The notes below the pieces were generated by a model, which saw only the letters and a list, made by a program, of their open reading frames with translations, was not told the origin of the DNA and made no database searches. The position numbers were made by a program, and so were the translations under genes. A stretch of DNA of 24,000 nt from positions 262,035-286,034 of the forward strand of contig NZ_JYNO01000004.1 in the NCBI RefSeq assembly GCF_000934745.1, in the 5' to 3' direction. This DNA comes from Desulfonatronum thioautotrophicum. GTDB taxonomy: Bacteria; Desulfobacterota; Desulfovibrionia; Desulfovibrionales; Desulfonatronaceae. Shown in pieces: positions 1 through 8,595 of the stretch (its first letter is position 1; each line of letters starts with the position of its first letter).

Positions 1-106
1 CTGTCCGATGAGCCGCCAAGTACTCTGATCGTTGATGCGTCGTGAGCAGTGCCCGTCGCATTGGCGGTCGCTGCATGGTCTCATCTTTGTGGGAATATGG
101 TGAACA

Positions 107-1177
107 TCAGGTTGGTTTGCGGTTCGCGGCGCGGACGTTCACCAACTCCCCGACAATGCTCAGGGCGATCTCCGCTGGGGTTTCGGCATGGATGTCCAGG
201 CCAATGGGGCAGTGGACCCTGGAGAAGTCGGTGTCTGTAAAACCCTGTCCGCGCAGGGCCTCGTATATGGCGTCGCGTTTGCGGCGGCTGCCGATCATGC
301 CGATGTAGCGGGCTTCGGTGCGCAGGGCCTGGGCCAGAATGTCCATGTCGTATTTATGGCCACGGGTGAGGATCACCACGTAGCTGTCGGGATGGATGCG
401 CGTGGGCTCAAGGGCCGTGGCCATGTCTTTGGGAACAAGAACGGCGTCGGCCTGGGGAAAACGCTGGGAATTGGCGAACTCGGTGCGGTCGTCGGAGACT
501 TCCACCCGGAAGTCCACCCGCTGGGCCAGGACCGCGACCTCCCTGGAAACATGGCCCGCGCCGAACAGGTGAATTGTGGTAAAGGCCGGTACCGGCTCGA
601 TCACGACCCGCATCGTTTCCAGGGAGAACAGTTTGGCACAGCGCCCGGCCATGGCCGTCTCCAGCAAGGGCTGCAGGAGTTCATGGTTTACGGGACGGGC
701 TGGATGAAAAACCGGCCCGTCCGTTGACCTTTCCACCAGCAGGCGTTCGGAGATCAACCGGCCCGGTTCACCGGGATCATCCCGCAACGTCGAGATCATT
801 AGCAGCTCTTTTCCGGTAGCGCGTAACCGTCCGAAGGTCCGCAGTAAGGCGATGTTCTCCGCTGTGGCGGGCAGCGGCTCCACCAGCACATCCAGCACCC
901 CGCCGCAAATCATGTCCATTTCCGAAGTGTCCGTGCCGGTCAGGGCGAAACGTCGCAATCGGCCACGGCCTGAGCGCAGCGACTCCAGCCCGGCCTGGAT
1001 CACCTCGGCCTCCAGGCGTCCCCCACCTATGGTTCCCAGGATAGTGCCGTCCGCAAGCACCACCATCCGCGTTCCCGGCGTGCGCGGCGCGGAGCCGGAC
1101 AGGCTGACGATGGTGGCCAGGGCTACGGATTGACCGGTCTCCAGCAGGGCCAGGATTTTATTTTCCAGTCGATTCAT
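107..1177 (-). CDS. XdhC/CoxI-family molybdenum-cofactor insertion/accessory protein
   Basis: 356-aa ORF. The N-terminal XdhC/CoxI-type region (ALATIVSLSGSAPR..GTRMVV..DGTILGTIGGG) and the C-terminal Rossmann-like region (HLFGAGHVSREVAVLAQ..) match the family as I know it. Stop TGA at 107-109. Confidence 0.85.
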   Translation of the reverse strand: MNRLENKILALLETGQSVALATIVSLSGSAPRTPGTRMVVLADGTILGTIGGGRLEAEVIQAGLESLRSGRGRLRRFALTGTDTSEMDMICGGVLDVLVEPLPATAENIALLRTFGRLRATGKELLMISTLRDDPGEPGRLISERLLVERSTDGPVFHPARPVNHELLQPLLETAMAGRCAKLFSLETMRVVIEPVPAFTTIHLFGAGHVSREVAVLAQRVDFRVEVSDDRTEFANSQRFPQADAVLVPKDMATALEPTRIHPDSYVVILTRGHKYDMDILAQALRTEARYIGMIGSRRKRDAIYEALRGQGFTDTDFSRVHCPIGLDIHAETPAEIALSIVGELVNVRAANRKPT

Positions 1178-1302
1178 GGTGTTGCACTTGGATGACGGAG
1201 AGCTTCAAGGAGTTGAGTACGTTCATCCTGGCCGGGAGTGATCAGAATGTACATGAACGAATGAGGAGGAACTTCACGAAAGCCAGGAGACAAAACCAAG
1301 GA

Positions 1303-1722
1303 CTACGGCTGAATACGCAGACCAACCTCGGCGCAAAATGTAACCAAAGATTTCCAGTGTTCCTCGGCGATGGACCGGATCACGTTGATGTCCAACCCCT
1401 GGTACTCATGGACCGCCACATTGCGAAATCCGGTCATGGCCACCATGGCCAAGGCCGTCTGATCCGTGATCAATTCGGCTTTGCGCAGCAATTTGAACGC
1501 GTCGGCACTGTTTTGGGGCATGCCCAGATGCTCCCTGGCGACCAAGTGCAACGCCAAGTCAATGGCTGCCTGACAGGCCCGTTCAATATTCAATGTCAAG
1601 GCGTCAATGTGGGAATAATTCGTGAGTTCCGGATCAAAGGCATACTCTTCACGCAAGCGCCGAATCGAACGCTCCATAATGGCCGCTTTGTTCAGGCAAA
1701 CGTCATCAGGCTCGATAGGCAT
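1303..1722 (-). CDS. hepT: HepT-type (DUF86) toxin, nucleotidyltransferase-substrate-binding fold
   Basis: 139 aa. Has the RX4HXY catalytic motif (RNVAVHEY). Overlaps the upstream NTase gene by 17 nt, which is typical MntA-HepT organisation. Confidence 0.85.
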   Translation of the reverse strand: MPIEPDDVCLNKAAIMERSIRRLREEYAFDPELTNYSHIDALTLNIERACQAAIDLALHLVAREHLGMPQNSADAFKLLRKAELITDQTALAMVAMTGFRNVAVHEYQGLDINVIRSIAEEHWKSLVTFCAEVGLRIQP

Positions 1723-2134
1723 TCACCACCTCACGCCGTTCCTCGTTGAACCGAAAATACATCCCAAGAAGCGTACATGCCTTTAGATCGGCCTGGAAAC
1801 GATCACGGGCAAAAATCCGCCGACCGGTAAGGATGGCCTCCTTGGCGTAGACCAGGTTGCTGGAGGAAAGCTCGCCGATATCCACCACTATCCCCAGGTC
1901 CAGCCCAAGTTCCGCGGCCAGGGCAATCCGCTCCAGAGAGGACATTTTGGCGTCCGGCATGGTCATCAGGGCCAGATCCAGGTCACTGTCCGAACGCATC
2001 CGACCGGAAGCCGCGCTACCCAGCAGATATGCGGCAAGCACCCGCTGATCCTGCTCCAGGCGACGATTGATGGCGAACAGCGCTTCCTGGTCAAGATGAT
2101 TCGAATGGCTCTGAATCCTTTGCATCATCGGCAA
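1706..2134 (-). CDS. mntA: MntA-type minimal nucleotidyltransferase antitoxin
   Basis: 142 aa. Has the GS-X(9-10)-D-X-D NTase motif (GSAASGRMRSDSDLDLAL). Lies immediately upstream of, and overlapping, hepT. Confidence 0.85.
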   Translation of the reverse strand: MPMMQRIQSHSNHLDQEALFAINRRLEQDQRVLAAYLLGSAASGRMRSDSDLDLALMTMPDAKMSSLERIALAAELGLDLGIVVDIGELSSSNLVYAKEAILTGRRIFARDRFQADLKACTLLGMYFRFNEERREVVNAYRA

Positions 2135-2201
2135 CCCTTGTTCGCAACCAGACCAGTACCAATACCTTGCACAACCCTCCCGAAAACCGCCGCGGACAAC
2201 T

Positions 2202-2639
2202 TCACCCCAGCAGGGGGGTCACCCAGCGGACGATATTTTGCGCGTCCATGGCTCCGCTTTGGCGTGCGACCTCACGCCCTCCACGGAACAGGACCATGGT
2301 GGGAATGCCACGGATGCCATATTGCGAGCCCAGGCCCTGTTCGGTTTCAGTATTGACCTTGGCCAGGCGCACACGCGGTTCCAGAATGCGCGCGGCCTGC
2401 TCGAACTGTGGTGCCATCATTTTGCAGGGCCCGCACCAGGGCGCCCAAAAGTCCACCAAAAGGGGCAGGTCGCTACGCTCCAGGTGTCGCGAGAAGGTGT
2501 CGGAGGTCAGCTCCACCGGCGATCCGTTGAACAGCGTGTGCTTGCAGCGGCCGCAATTGGGCTTCTCGTTGAGTCGGTCGGCAAGCACCCGGTTGATACT
2601 CTGACAATGGGGGCAGATGGTGTGCAGGGATGTGTTCAT
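2202..2639 (-). CDS. trxC: Thioredoxin 2 (zinc-finger thioredoxin)
   Basis: 145 aa. The N-terminus has two CXXC pairs (CPHC..CGRC). The canonical WCGPC active site is present (FWAPWCGPCKMMAP). Confidence 0.9.
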   Translation of the reverse strand: MNTSLHTICPHCQSINRVLADRLNEKPNCGRCKHTLFNGSPVELTSDTFSRHLERSDLPLLVDFWAPWCGPCKMMAPQFEQAARILEPRVRLAKVNTETEQGLGSQYGIRGIPTMVLFRGGREVARQSGAMDAQNIVRWVTPLLG

Positions 2640-2736
2640 GTTTGTTACTTGTTTTTCTCGTTGGTTGGTTGCAATGGAAAGAGGCTCACGATTCCGAACG
2701 TTGCCACCGGCACCAAGGCCGAAATACTGGGTGGGA

Positions 2737-3153
2737 TCAGATCATGAAGGGGTTGTGCAGACGCATTCCGTCAATTACCTGGTCGTGTTGCAGATCTTCC
2801 GTGAACAGGGTTTTCGCACCGCCGGACAAGGCTGCTTCAATGATCATCGCATCCCAGAACGATAAGTGCATGTATCGGCTACGGGAAATTCCTTTGAGGA
2901 TCAGCGCGGCATCGTTGGCAATCACCGGCAGGGAGGCAAGACCGTTCACAATTTCCGCGGCGGTTTGCTCATCCAATGGCCGTGCAAGTTTGCGGGTCAC
3001 GGTCACATAGAACTCCTGCATGACTTGCGCACTGACAATGGTCCTGCCAGCCAGGGTTTCCGCCTGGAACAACTCCCGGGCCAGGGTGCGTTTGGCCGGG
3101 GCATCCCTGTCGAACATATATACCAGGACATTGGTGTCAAAAAAAGAACGCAT
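2737..3153 (-). CDS. vapC: PIN-domain ribonuclease toxin VapC
   Basis: 138 aa. The N-terminus FFDTNVLVY carries the first PIN acidic residue. Later acidic residues are present (MQEF, FWDAMII, TEDL). A small upstream partner gene sits 5 nt away. Confidence 0.85.
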   Translation of the reverse strand: MRSFFDTNVLVYMFDRDAPAKRTLARELFQAETLAGRTIVSAQVMQEFYVTVTRKLARPLDEQTAAEIVNGLASLPVIANDAALILKGISRSRYMHLSFWDAMIIEAALSGGAKTLFTEDLQHDQVIDGMRLHNPFMI

Positions 3154-3158
3154 GGCCG

Positions 3159-3413
3159 CTATCGTTCCGCTTGGCGATTTCCGGGCCTTTCATGCAGCTC
3201 TTCCCGGCTCCAGGTTCGGCCGCCGCGACCGGATTCAGCCGTGTCGGATATGTCCATAATTTTTTGTACCGCGTCACGGTGAAGTTGCTCAGACCCCGCG
3301 TAACACTCCAGGTATTCCCGCAGCAGCGCGTTGACCGAAGTGTCCTGCTCCAAAGCCCGTATCCTGGCTTTCTTTAACGTATACTCGTCAACAGTAATGG
3401 TTAGATTAGCCAT
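3159..3413 (-). CDS. VapB-like antitoxin (probable ribbon-helix-helix)
   Basis: I place the start at the ATG at 3413 (MANLTITVDEYTLKKARIRALE..) because GGAGG lies 7-8 nt upstream (reverse complement of 3421-3425). The 84-aa gene ends 5 nt before vapC. The longer 111-aa form in the ORF track lacks an RBS. Confidence 0.65.
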   Translation of the reverse strand: MANLTITVDEYTLKKARIRALEQDTSVNALLREYLECYAGSEQLHRDAVQKIMDISDTAESGRGGRTWSREELHERPGNRQAER

Positions 3414-3660
3414 TGCCCGGCCTCCAGCTTGTTCTTCTGTTGTCGCGTTACCCTGAATCAGTGTAGCACGAGGGAAAGGGTGAATCAAGCACACGGGATG
3501 CTCGTATAGGGCGCAATTTCATTGTAAATTGGTAGACACTATTTCCAGCAGACGATTCATTTTGACTCTAGATGCCCTTGGACTGTTGTCTCCTCCGGGT
3601 ATCCCAATGGGATTTCGTGCCACCCAGCATTGGTGGACCATGTAGATGGAGAGAGTAAAA

Positions 3661-4389
3661 ATGATCGACCTTCTTTTTTGGCCTGTAATCCTGTTTCTGA
3701 CCATGATCGCCGGAACCATAGGTGGCGCGGTCGGTTTTGGCTCGGCGGTAATCTTGCTGCCTGTTTGTTCCTTTGTCTTTGGTCCTGAAGCGGCAGTGCC
3801 GATTCTGACACTGGCCGCGCTGATCGGCAACCTGTCACGCGCGGCTTTTTCCTGGTCCGAGATCAATTGGCCCATTGTGACGCTCTATTGTCTGGGTGCC
3901 GTGCCCATGGCGGCGCTCGGGGGGATGGTGTTTGTGGCCCTTGATCAGGAGGCGTTGCAGCGGATCCTGGGTCTGTTCATTCTCGCGATGTTGCCCTTGC
4001 GACGCTGGTCTGCACGCCATGGGATCGTGCCGAAGCAATGGCATTTTCTGCCTCTCGGCGCGGGCATGGGCTTTCTGTCGGGCGTGGTGGGGACTGTGGG
4101 GCCGATCAACGCGCCCTTTTTCCTGGCTTATGGTCTGGTGAAAGGTGCATATCTGGCCACCGAGGCACTGGGGGCCGCAGCGGTCCACTTGACAAAATCA
4201 GGAGTCTACGGGCGCTTTGCAGCGATTGACGTTACCGTGCTGACGTACGGGTTGGTTATCGGCGCAACGCTCATTTTCGGGTCATGGGCGGGTAAGCGGC
4301 TGATCGTAGGGTTGGAAACGCAACGCTTTATCGGCGTCGTCGAGGTGTTTCTGGTGGTCGCGGCATTGCTGATGATCATCGGTTTCTGA
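3661..4389 (+). CDS. TSUP-family (TauE/SafE, DUF81) anion permease
   Basis: Polytopic membrane protein with the typical G-rich TSUP helices (GTIGGAVGFGSAVILLP; GFLSGVVGTVGPI). I prefer the ATG at 3661, which is preceded by GGAGAGAG, over 3646. Confidence 0.8.
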   Translation: MIDLLFWPVILFLTMIAGTIGGAVGFGSAVILLPVCSFVFGPEAAVPILTLAALIGNLSRAAFSWSEINWPIVTLYCLGAVPMAALGGMVFVALDQEALQRILGLFILAMLPLRRWSARHGIVPKQWHFLPLGAGMGFLSGVVGTVGPINAPFFLAYGLVKGAYLATEALGAAAVHLTKSGVYGRFAAIDVTVLTYGLVIGATLIFGSWAGKRLIVGLETQRFIGVVEVFLVVAALLMIIGF

Positions 4390-4409
4390 AGAGAACGTCA
4401 AGGATGGAT

Positions 4410-4432
4410 GGGGGGATGGCCACAATCCCCCC
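4410..4432. terminator. Perfect 8-bp GC-rich hairpin between two convergent TSUP genes
   Basis: GGGGGGAT (4410-4417), loop GGCCACA, ATCCCCCC (4425-4432). It sits between the stop at 4389 (+) and the stop at 4453 (-). There is no clear U-tract on either strand. Confidence 0.4.
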
Positions 4433-4452
4433 ACGCAAAACCGTTAAAAACC

Positions 4453-5400
4453 TCAAAACAAAAAATCCAACACGTATCTCCCGCCGGTAAACACCAGGAT
4501 GAAGGCCAGCAGCCACTTGATGGCTTTGGCCGGAACAAACTTCTGCATCCGTGCGCCGGCGTACATGCCGATCATCCCGCCCACGCCCATCAGAATGCCC
4601 AGGGTCCAGTCCGGGGCCACGGCCATATGCGGGTAGAAGGGAGCGATGGCCTGGAACAAAAGGGCCGCCACGACGGACGTGATGAACGTGCCCATCAGGC
4701 AGGCTCCGGCAATGGTGTACACCGGCAACTGGAAAACGGCCACGAAAAAGGGAGCGATGATCGCTCCGCCGCCGATGCCGTACATCCCGCCGACCACGCC
4801 GACAATGGCGCTGAGGATAAATATTCCCATGGTCGGCGCGCTGATTTTTTCTCCGTAAAAGGAATAGTCGATGGACTTCAGTCCGATCTGGTCCACACTG
4901 ATCCGTGGAAGAGGCTCGTCTGTCCGGGCTTGTTTTTTACGGAAGCCGGTCACCAACTCCTGGAAGCGTTTTTCCGAGGACGCCTTGTCCGACCCGGGAA
5001 TCGGTCCCTTGATGATGGACCGGACCATCACGAACCCGATGTACAGCAGGACCAGCCCGGCAAAGACCTTGAAATGGGTTGGGTCGGGAAGGTACTGGAC
5101 CCGCAGAAATACGCCCAGCAGGACCCCGGGCACGGTCCCGGCGATGACCACCCAGGTCAGGGGCCAGACCATCCTTCCCTCGCGGATGAAACGGTAGACT
5201 CCGCTGGGGATGGCCACGATGTTGAAAAGGTGATTGGTGGCGCTGACCGCCGGAGTGACGAAACCCAGGACGCTCATCTGGAAAGGCAAAAGCAGGTTGG
5301 CCCCGGACACGCCGCCCATGGAGCAGACAAAGGCCACGGCAAATCCGGCGACAAAAGGAATCCACGGGGCGACTTCGATTCCGGATACAGGAAACAGCAT
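4453..5400 (-). CDS. TSUP-family (TauE/SafE) anion permease with long central hydrophilic loop
   Basis: Start taken at the ATG at 5400 (MLFPVSGIEVAPW..), preceded by AGGAGG (reverse complement of 5407-5412). 315 aa. Has TSUP-like G-rich helices (SMGGVSGANLLLPF; GVVGGMYGIGGGAIIAPF). Confidence 0.8.
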   Translation of the reverse strand: MLFPVSGIEVAPWIPFVAGFAVAFVCSMGGVSGANLLLPFQMSVLGFVTPAVSATNHLFNIVAIPSGVYRFIREGRMVWPLTWVVIAGTVPGVLLGVFLRVQYLPDPTHFKVFAGLVLLYIGFVMVRSIIKGPIPGSDKASSEKRFQELVTGFRKKQARTDEPLPRISVDQIGLKSIDYSFYGEKISAPTMGIFILSAIVGVVGGMYGIGGGAIIAPFFVAVFQLPVYTIAGACLMGTFITSVVAALLFQAIAPFYPHMAVAPDWTLGILMGVGGMIGMYAGARMQKFVPAKAIKWLLAFILVFTGGRYVLDFLF

Positions 5401-5482
5401 GGGAACCTCCTGGCTTGACCTGTGAAGACAACAGGCACGGCAGTGCGCCGACATCTTTGTCTCGGCTTATTCCGCTTTTGTT

Positions 5483-5508
5483 GTCACGAATATATATCAT
5501 TCCGTGTC
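5483..5508. promoter_or_regulatory. Imperfect 26-bp palindrome, candidate operator in the TSUP/mod divergent region
   Basis: GTCACGAA-TATATATCA-TTCCGTGTC. The arms match as G(T/A)CACG(G)AA around an AT-rich centre. It lies 83-108 nt upstream of the minus-strand TSUP start. Related words TTCGTGC/CGTGAC recur at 3613-3619, 6820-6826 and 6840-6846. Confidence 0.3.
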
Positions 5509-5787
5509 TATTTCTCGTGGTTATGCCGGAAGCAATTATCTGTCAAGACATGGTTTCTGGCCTGGCTTTTGGCCATACTGTCTGGATTTTTTTTTGAACC
5601 AACACGATTCCGATTTTCAAGGTAGCGCATTCCATACGCCCGTTATGAACAGTTACAGCTAAATGATTGCGACATATTTGACCGAAACATGCGCAGCTTC
5701 AAAAATGTATCTTTGAAAACTTACATAAATGTAGCAAAAAACTTGTGATAGTAAGATAATCCATTTAATATCAGATTGTTATGTTTT

Positions 5788-5803
5788 TGGCACAGTACCT
5801 GCT
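5788..5803 (+). promoter_or_regulatory. Sigma-54-type -24/-12 promoter-like element
   Basis: TGGCAC-AGTAC-CTGCT compared with the consensus TGGCAC-N5-TTGCW. The GG and GC dinucleotides have the correct spacing. It lies about 25 nt upstream of the ATG at 5829. Confidence 0.4.
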
Positions 5804-5828
5804 GTAATCTGGACAGGAGGATATTGTC

Positions 5829-6107
5829 ATGGAACTTATCATATTGATCGGCGTTGCTGTCAGTTTGATCGTGATTTGTGAAAGCGGTTTGGGGTGGTGT
5901 TCCGCGGTGCATGCGGATGGTGCGGTCGAGGGCACGAGTTGCTCTCCGGAACGAATCGCACCCCGGCAGGTATTGACAACGGTTGGACCGCTTTTTTTGC
6001 TGGGATTGGGCTTGCCGCTTGTTCTCGAGCACCTTCAGATTGGCCTTGGCTGCCTGGCAGCTGGGGTGGTGCTGACCATCCTTGGTTTCTGGAAGCAGAG
6101 AGGCTAA
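5829..6107 (+). CDS. Small hypothetical membrane protein (92 aa) heading the mod operon
   Basis: AGGAGG (5815-5820) lies 8 nt before the ATG. Three hydrophobic segments are present (ELIILIGVAVSLIVI; VGPLFLLGLGLPLVL; CLAAGVVLTILGFW). I recognise no family. Confidence 0.45.
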   Translation: MELIILIGVAVSLIVICESGLGWCSAVHADGAVEGTSCSPERIAPRQVLTTVGPLFLLGLGLPLVLEHLQIGLGCLAAGVVLTILGFWKQRG

Positions 6108-6141
6108 CCATCATCCTCAATTGATCTATGGTGATAGACGT

Positions 6142-6810
6142 ATGACAGACGCCTCGTTTTTTTTTCCCTTGCAACTCACATTGCGTGTCGCCTCCCTGGC
6201 CACGCTGTTTGCACTGGTGTTTGGAGTGCTGGCAGCCTGGTGCATTCACCGATTCAGGTTTCCAGGGCGCGATGGGCTGGACGCGATTTTGACCCTGCCC
6301 ATGGTTTTGCCGCCAACGGTGCTGGGGTACTATCTGATCGTTCTGGTGGGGAGGAATGGGGTGATCGGCCGCTGGCTGGAGTCCACCTTTGGAATCACGT
6401 TGATGTTTACCTGGCAGGGAGCGGTGATTGCCGCGACGGTGGTGGCCTTTCCGCTGGTCTTCAAGTCGGCCCGAGCCGCCCTGGAAGGCGTGGGGCAAAA
6501 GTATGAAAACGCGGCCCGTACATTGGGTTGCGGGGAGTGGCAGGTGTTTCTGCGTATTGCCCTGCCCATGGCTTGGCGAGGCATTTTGGCCGGGACCATG
6601 CTGGCCTTTGCCCGGGCCATGGGTGAGTTCGGGGCCACGTTGATGATCGCGGGAAATCTGCCAGGACGGACACAGACCATGCCTTTGGCCGTTTACAGCG
6701 CTGCCCAGGCCGGCAATGAGAGCTTGGCCAATCAGTTGGTGTTGATCCTTTCCGTGGTCTGCGTGGTCATCCTCTGGACGGCCAGCCGTCTGGCGAAGCC
6801 CAAGTGGTGA
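6142..6810 (+). CDS. modB: Molybdate ABC transporter permease ModB
   Basis: Start at the ATG at 6142 (MTDASFFFPLQLTL..). Typical ModB sequence, including the EAA-loop region ENAARTLGCGEWQVFLRIALP and GEFGATLMIAGNLPGRTQT. Confidence 0.9.
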   Translation: MTDASFFFPLQLTLRVASLATLFALVFGVLAAWCIHRFRFPGRDGLDAILTLPMVLPPTVLGYYLIVLVGRNGVIGRWLESTFGITLMFTWQGAVIAATVVAFPLVFKSARAALEGVGQKYENAARTLGCGEWQVFLRIALPMAWRGILAGTMLAFARAMGEFGATLMIAGNLPGRTQTMPLAVYSAAQAGNESLANQLVLILSVVCVVILWTASRLAKPKW

Positions 6811-6889
6811 AAGGGGATACGTGACATGTGTTTTTTTTGTTCGTGCATGATCGATATGTTGTGAAACCGAAAATCGAAGTGACAATTCA

Positions 6890-7648
6890 ATGAAAAAACT
6901 TGCTGTTTCCCTCTTCAGCTGCATGCTGTCCTGCATGTTGGTCTTGCCTGCCGCAGCCCAGGAACTGGTGGTGTCCGCAGCTGCGTCACTAACCAACGCC
7001 TTCAACGAAATGATAGTTGAGTTCGAACAGCGCCACCCGGGTGTGAGGGTAATCCCGAACTTCGCGGCTTCCGGGGCGCTGTTTCGCCAGATCCAGCAGG
7101 GTGCGCCGGTAGACGTATTTGCATCCGCCGATCTGCGGTGGATGAACGAAATGATTTCAGCTGGTTTGGTCGAAGAAAATGAGTCCGTCTTCTTTGCCCA
7201 AAACACATTGGTTCTGGCTGTTCCCACAGCGAGCCAAATTGTCATCAATGGAGTTGATGATCTTACCGGTGAGCAAGTCCGGCGCGTTGGCGTAGGGACT
7301 CCGGCCACGGTGCCCGCCGGCAATTATTCAAAGATTGCGCTTGAAATGTTGGGACTGTGGGATGTGTTGCAGCCGAAGATGATTTTTGCCGAGTCCGTGC
7401 GCCAGGTCCTGGATTATGTGCAACGCGGGGAGGTGGACGCCGGGCTGATGTACGCCACGGATGCGGCCCAGGGAGGTGAGCGGGTCACGGTTGTGACCAC
7501 TCTGCCTTTGCCCGAGCCTGTCACATATCCCATTGCACCGGTAAAGCGCAGTACGCAGCCGGAATTGGCCCAAAAGTTCATCCAATTCATTCTTTCTGAG
7601 CGGGGTCAGGAGATTCTGGGCGGATACGGCTTTAGCCGTCCGGAGTGA
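6890..7648 (+). CDS. modA: Molybdate/tungstate ABC transporter periplasmic binding protein ModA
   Basis: Signal peptide ending AAAQE, then the ModA hallmark segments VSAAASLTNAF, NFAASGALFRQIQQGAPVDVFASAD and VPAGNYS. Confidence 0.9.
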   Translation: MKKLAVSLFSCMLSCMLVLPAAAQELVVSAAASLTNAFNEMIVEFEQRHPGVRVIPNFAASGALFRQIQQGAPVDVFASADLRWMNEMISAGLVEENESVFFAQNTLVLAVPTASQIVINGVDDLTGEQVRRVGVGTPATVPAGNYSKIALEMLGLWDVLQPKMIFAESVRQVLDYVQRGEVDAGLMYATDAAQGGERVTVVTTLPLPEPVTYPIAPVKRSTQPELAQKFIQFILSERGQEILGGYGFSRPE

Positions 7649-7650
7649 GC

Positions 7651-8409
7651 ATGTTCGTGGAATGCCGCGCTGTCGCAAGCCTTTCCGGAGCCGGTACCTC
7701 TTTTAATCTGGACGTGGACTTTACCGCGGATTCTTCGTCCATTGTTCTTTTCGGTCCTTCCGGATCGGGCAAGAGTCTGACCCTCTTGGCTCTGGCAGGT
7801 CTGCTCAAGCCTGCTTCGGGAAGAATTATCATTCACGGAAAAACCTTCTTCGACCATCGAACCGGAGTCAACATCCCAGCCCAGAAACGTCGGGTGGGGT
7901 TCGTTTTTCAGGATTACGCCCTGTTCCCGCACCTGACGGTCTGGGATAACGTGGCCTTTGGTCTGAAGCGTCTCTTTCGCCCCCTGAACCGGGAGCAGCG
8001 GCAGAAAGTCAACGATCTCCTGGAACTCTTCGGTATTGGCTCCCTGGCTCACCGCAGGCCGCATCAGATTTCCGGTGGACAGCGTCAGCGCACGGCCCTG
8101 GTCCGTGCCCTGGCTCCCGATCCAAGCCTCCTGCTCCTGGACGAGCCCTTCACGGCCCTGGATCAACCCTTGCGGGCCAAGATGCGCGAGGAACTGGCCC
8201 GTATCCAGGAGCGCTTCAATGTGCCTATGGTCATGGTTAGCCATGATCTTGCCGACGTGGACGCCTTTGCCGAGACCCTAGTGGCTTTTGGCCACGGGCG
8301 GGTATTGGAGGTTCTGAATTACCGGAAGCGCCGTTCAGGAGGCGAAAGCGCCACGGACATTCTCACGCCATTGTTCGAGGCGGCCAACGGCACGAATGCC
8401 GTGGGGTGA
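7651..8409 (+). CDS. modC: Molybdate ABC transporter ATPase ModC (short form, no TOBE domain)
   Basis: Walker A GPSGSGKS, signature ISGGQRQR, Walker B LLLLDEP, H-loop SHD. The ATG at 7651 is preceded by GGAG (7642-7645). An alternative GTG at 7645 overlaps the modA stop. At 252 aa it has no C-terminal Mop/TOBE domain. Confidence 0.85.
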   Translation: MFVECRAVASLSGAGTSFNLDVDFTADSSSIVLFGPSGSGKSLTLLALAGLLKPASGRIIIHGKTFFDHRTGVNIPAQKRRVGFVFQDYALFPHLTVWDNVAFGLKRLFRPLNREQRQKVNDLLELFGIGSLAHRRPHQISGGQRQRTALVRALAPDPSLLLLDEPFTALDQPLRAKMREELARIQERFNVPMVMVSHDLADVDAFAETLVAFGHGRVLEVLNYRKRRSGGESATDILTPLFEAANGTNAVG

Positions 8410-8560
8410 GGTGAAAAGGTGCATTGCCGTAGCGAAAGCTTGGCGCAAATCATGGACTTTGTTCTTGGTTGTGCAGTGTAATTCGAACCTGAGCTGTCCT
8501 GGTTGCCTCCAGCATGATGTTGGTGAGAGGTCCCTGCACGTCTTGGCCAAAAACAAGCTG

Positions 8561-8589
8561 TTGACGAAAGGCACACGCCAAGATAATCT
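8561..8589 (+). promoter_or_regulatory. Sigma-70-like promoter for brnTA (possibly leaderless transcript)
   Basis: TTGACG (8561-8566), a 17-nt spacer, then TAATCT (8584-8589). The ATG of the toxin gene is 6 nt downstream and has no Shine-Dalgarno sequence. Confidence 0.35.
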
Positions 8590-8595
8590 CCACCT

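Noticed and set aside
1-106. Possible 5' end of another minus-strand gene downstream of the XdhC-family gene (ATG candidates at 76 or 84)
   Set aside because: Fewer than 30 codons are visible, two frames are open, there is no convincing RBS and no recognisable motif.
42-727. Plus-strand ORFs of 63-179 aa overlapping the XdhC-family gene
   Set aside because: They are antisense or alternate-frame to a well-supported CDS. They have no RBS and no recognisable domains.
4408-5418. 336-aa plus-strand ORF
   Set aside because: It is antisense to the TSUP permease. The translation is a hydrophilic His/Asp/Gly-rich artefact.
5600-5828. Molybdenum-cofactor (Moco) riboswitch upstream of the mod operon
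   Set aside because: The context made it worth checking. The region is AT-rich, and I could not recognise the conserved GC-rich paired elements of the Moco RNA motif. A covariance-model search would be needed to exclude it formally.
5860-7323. 487-aa minus-strand ORF spanning the small ORF, modB and part of modA
   Set aside because: It is antisense to two strongly supported transporter genes. The translation is Arg/Pro/Gly/Gln-rich low-complexity sequence with no recognisable domain. This is a typical high-GC antisense artefact.
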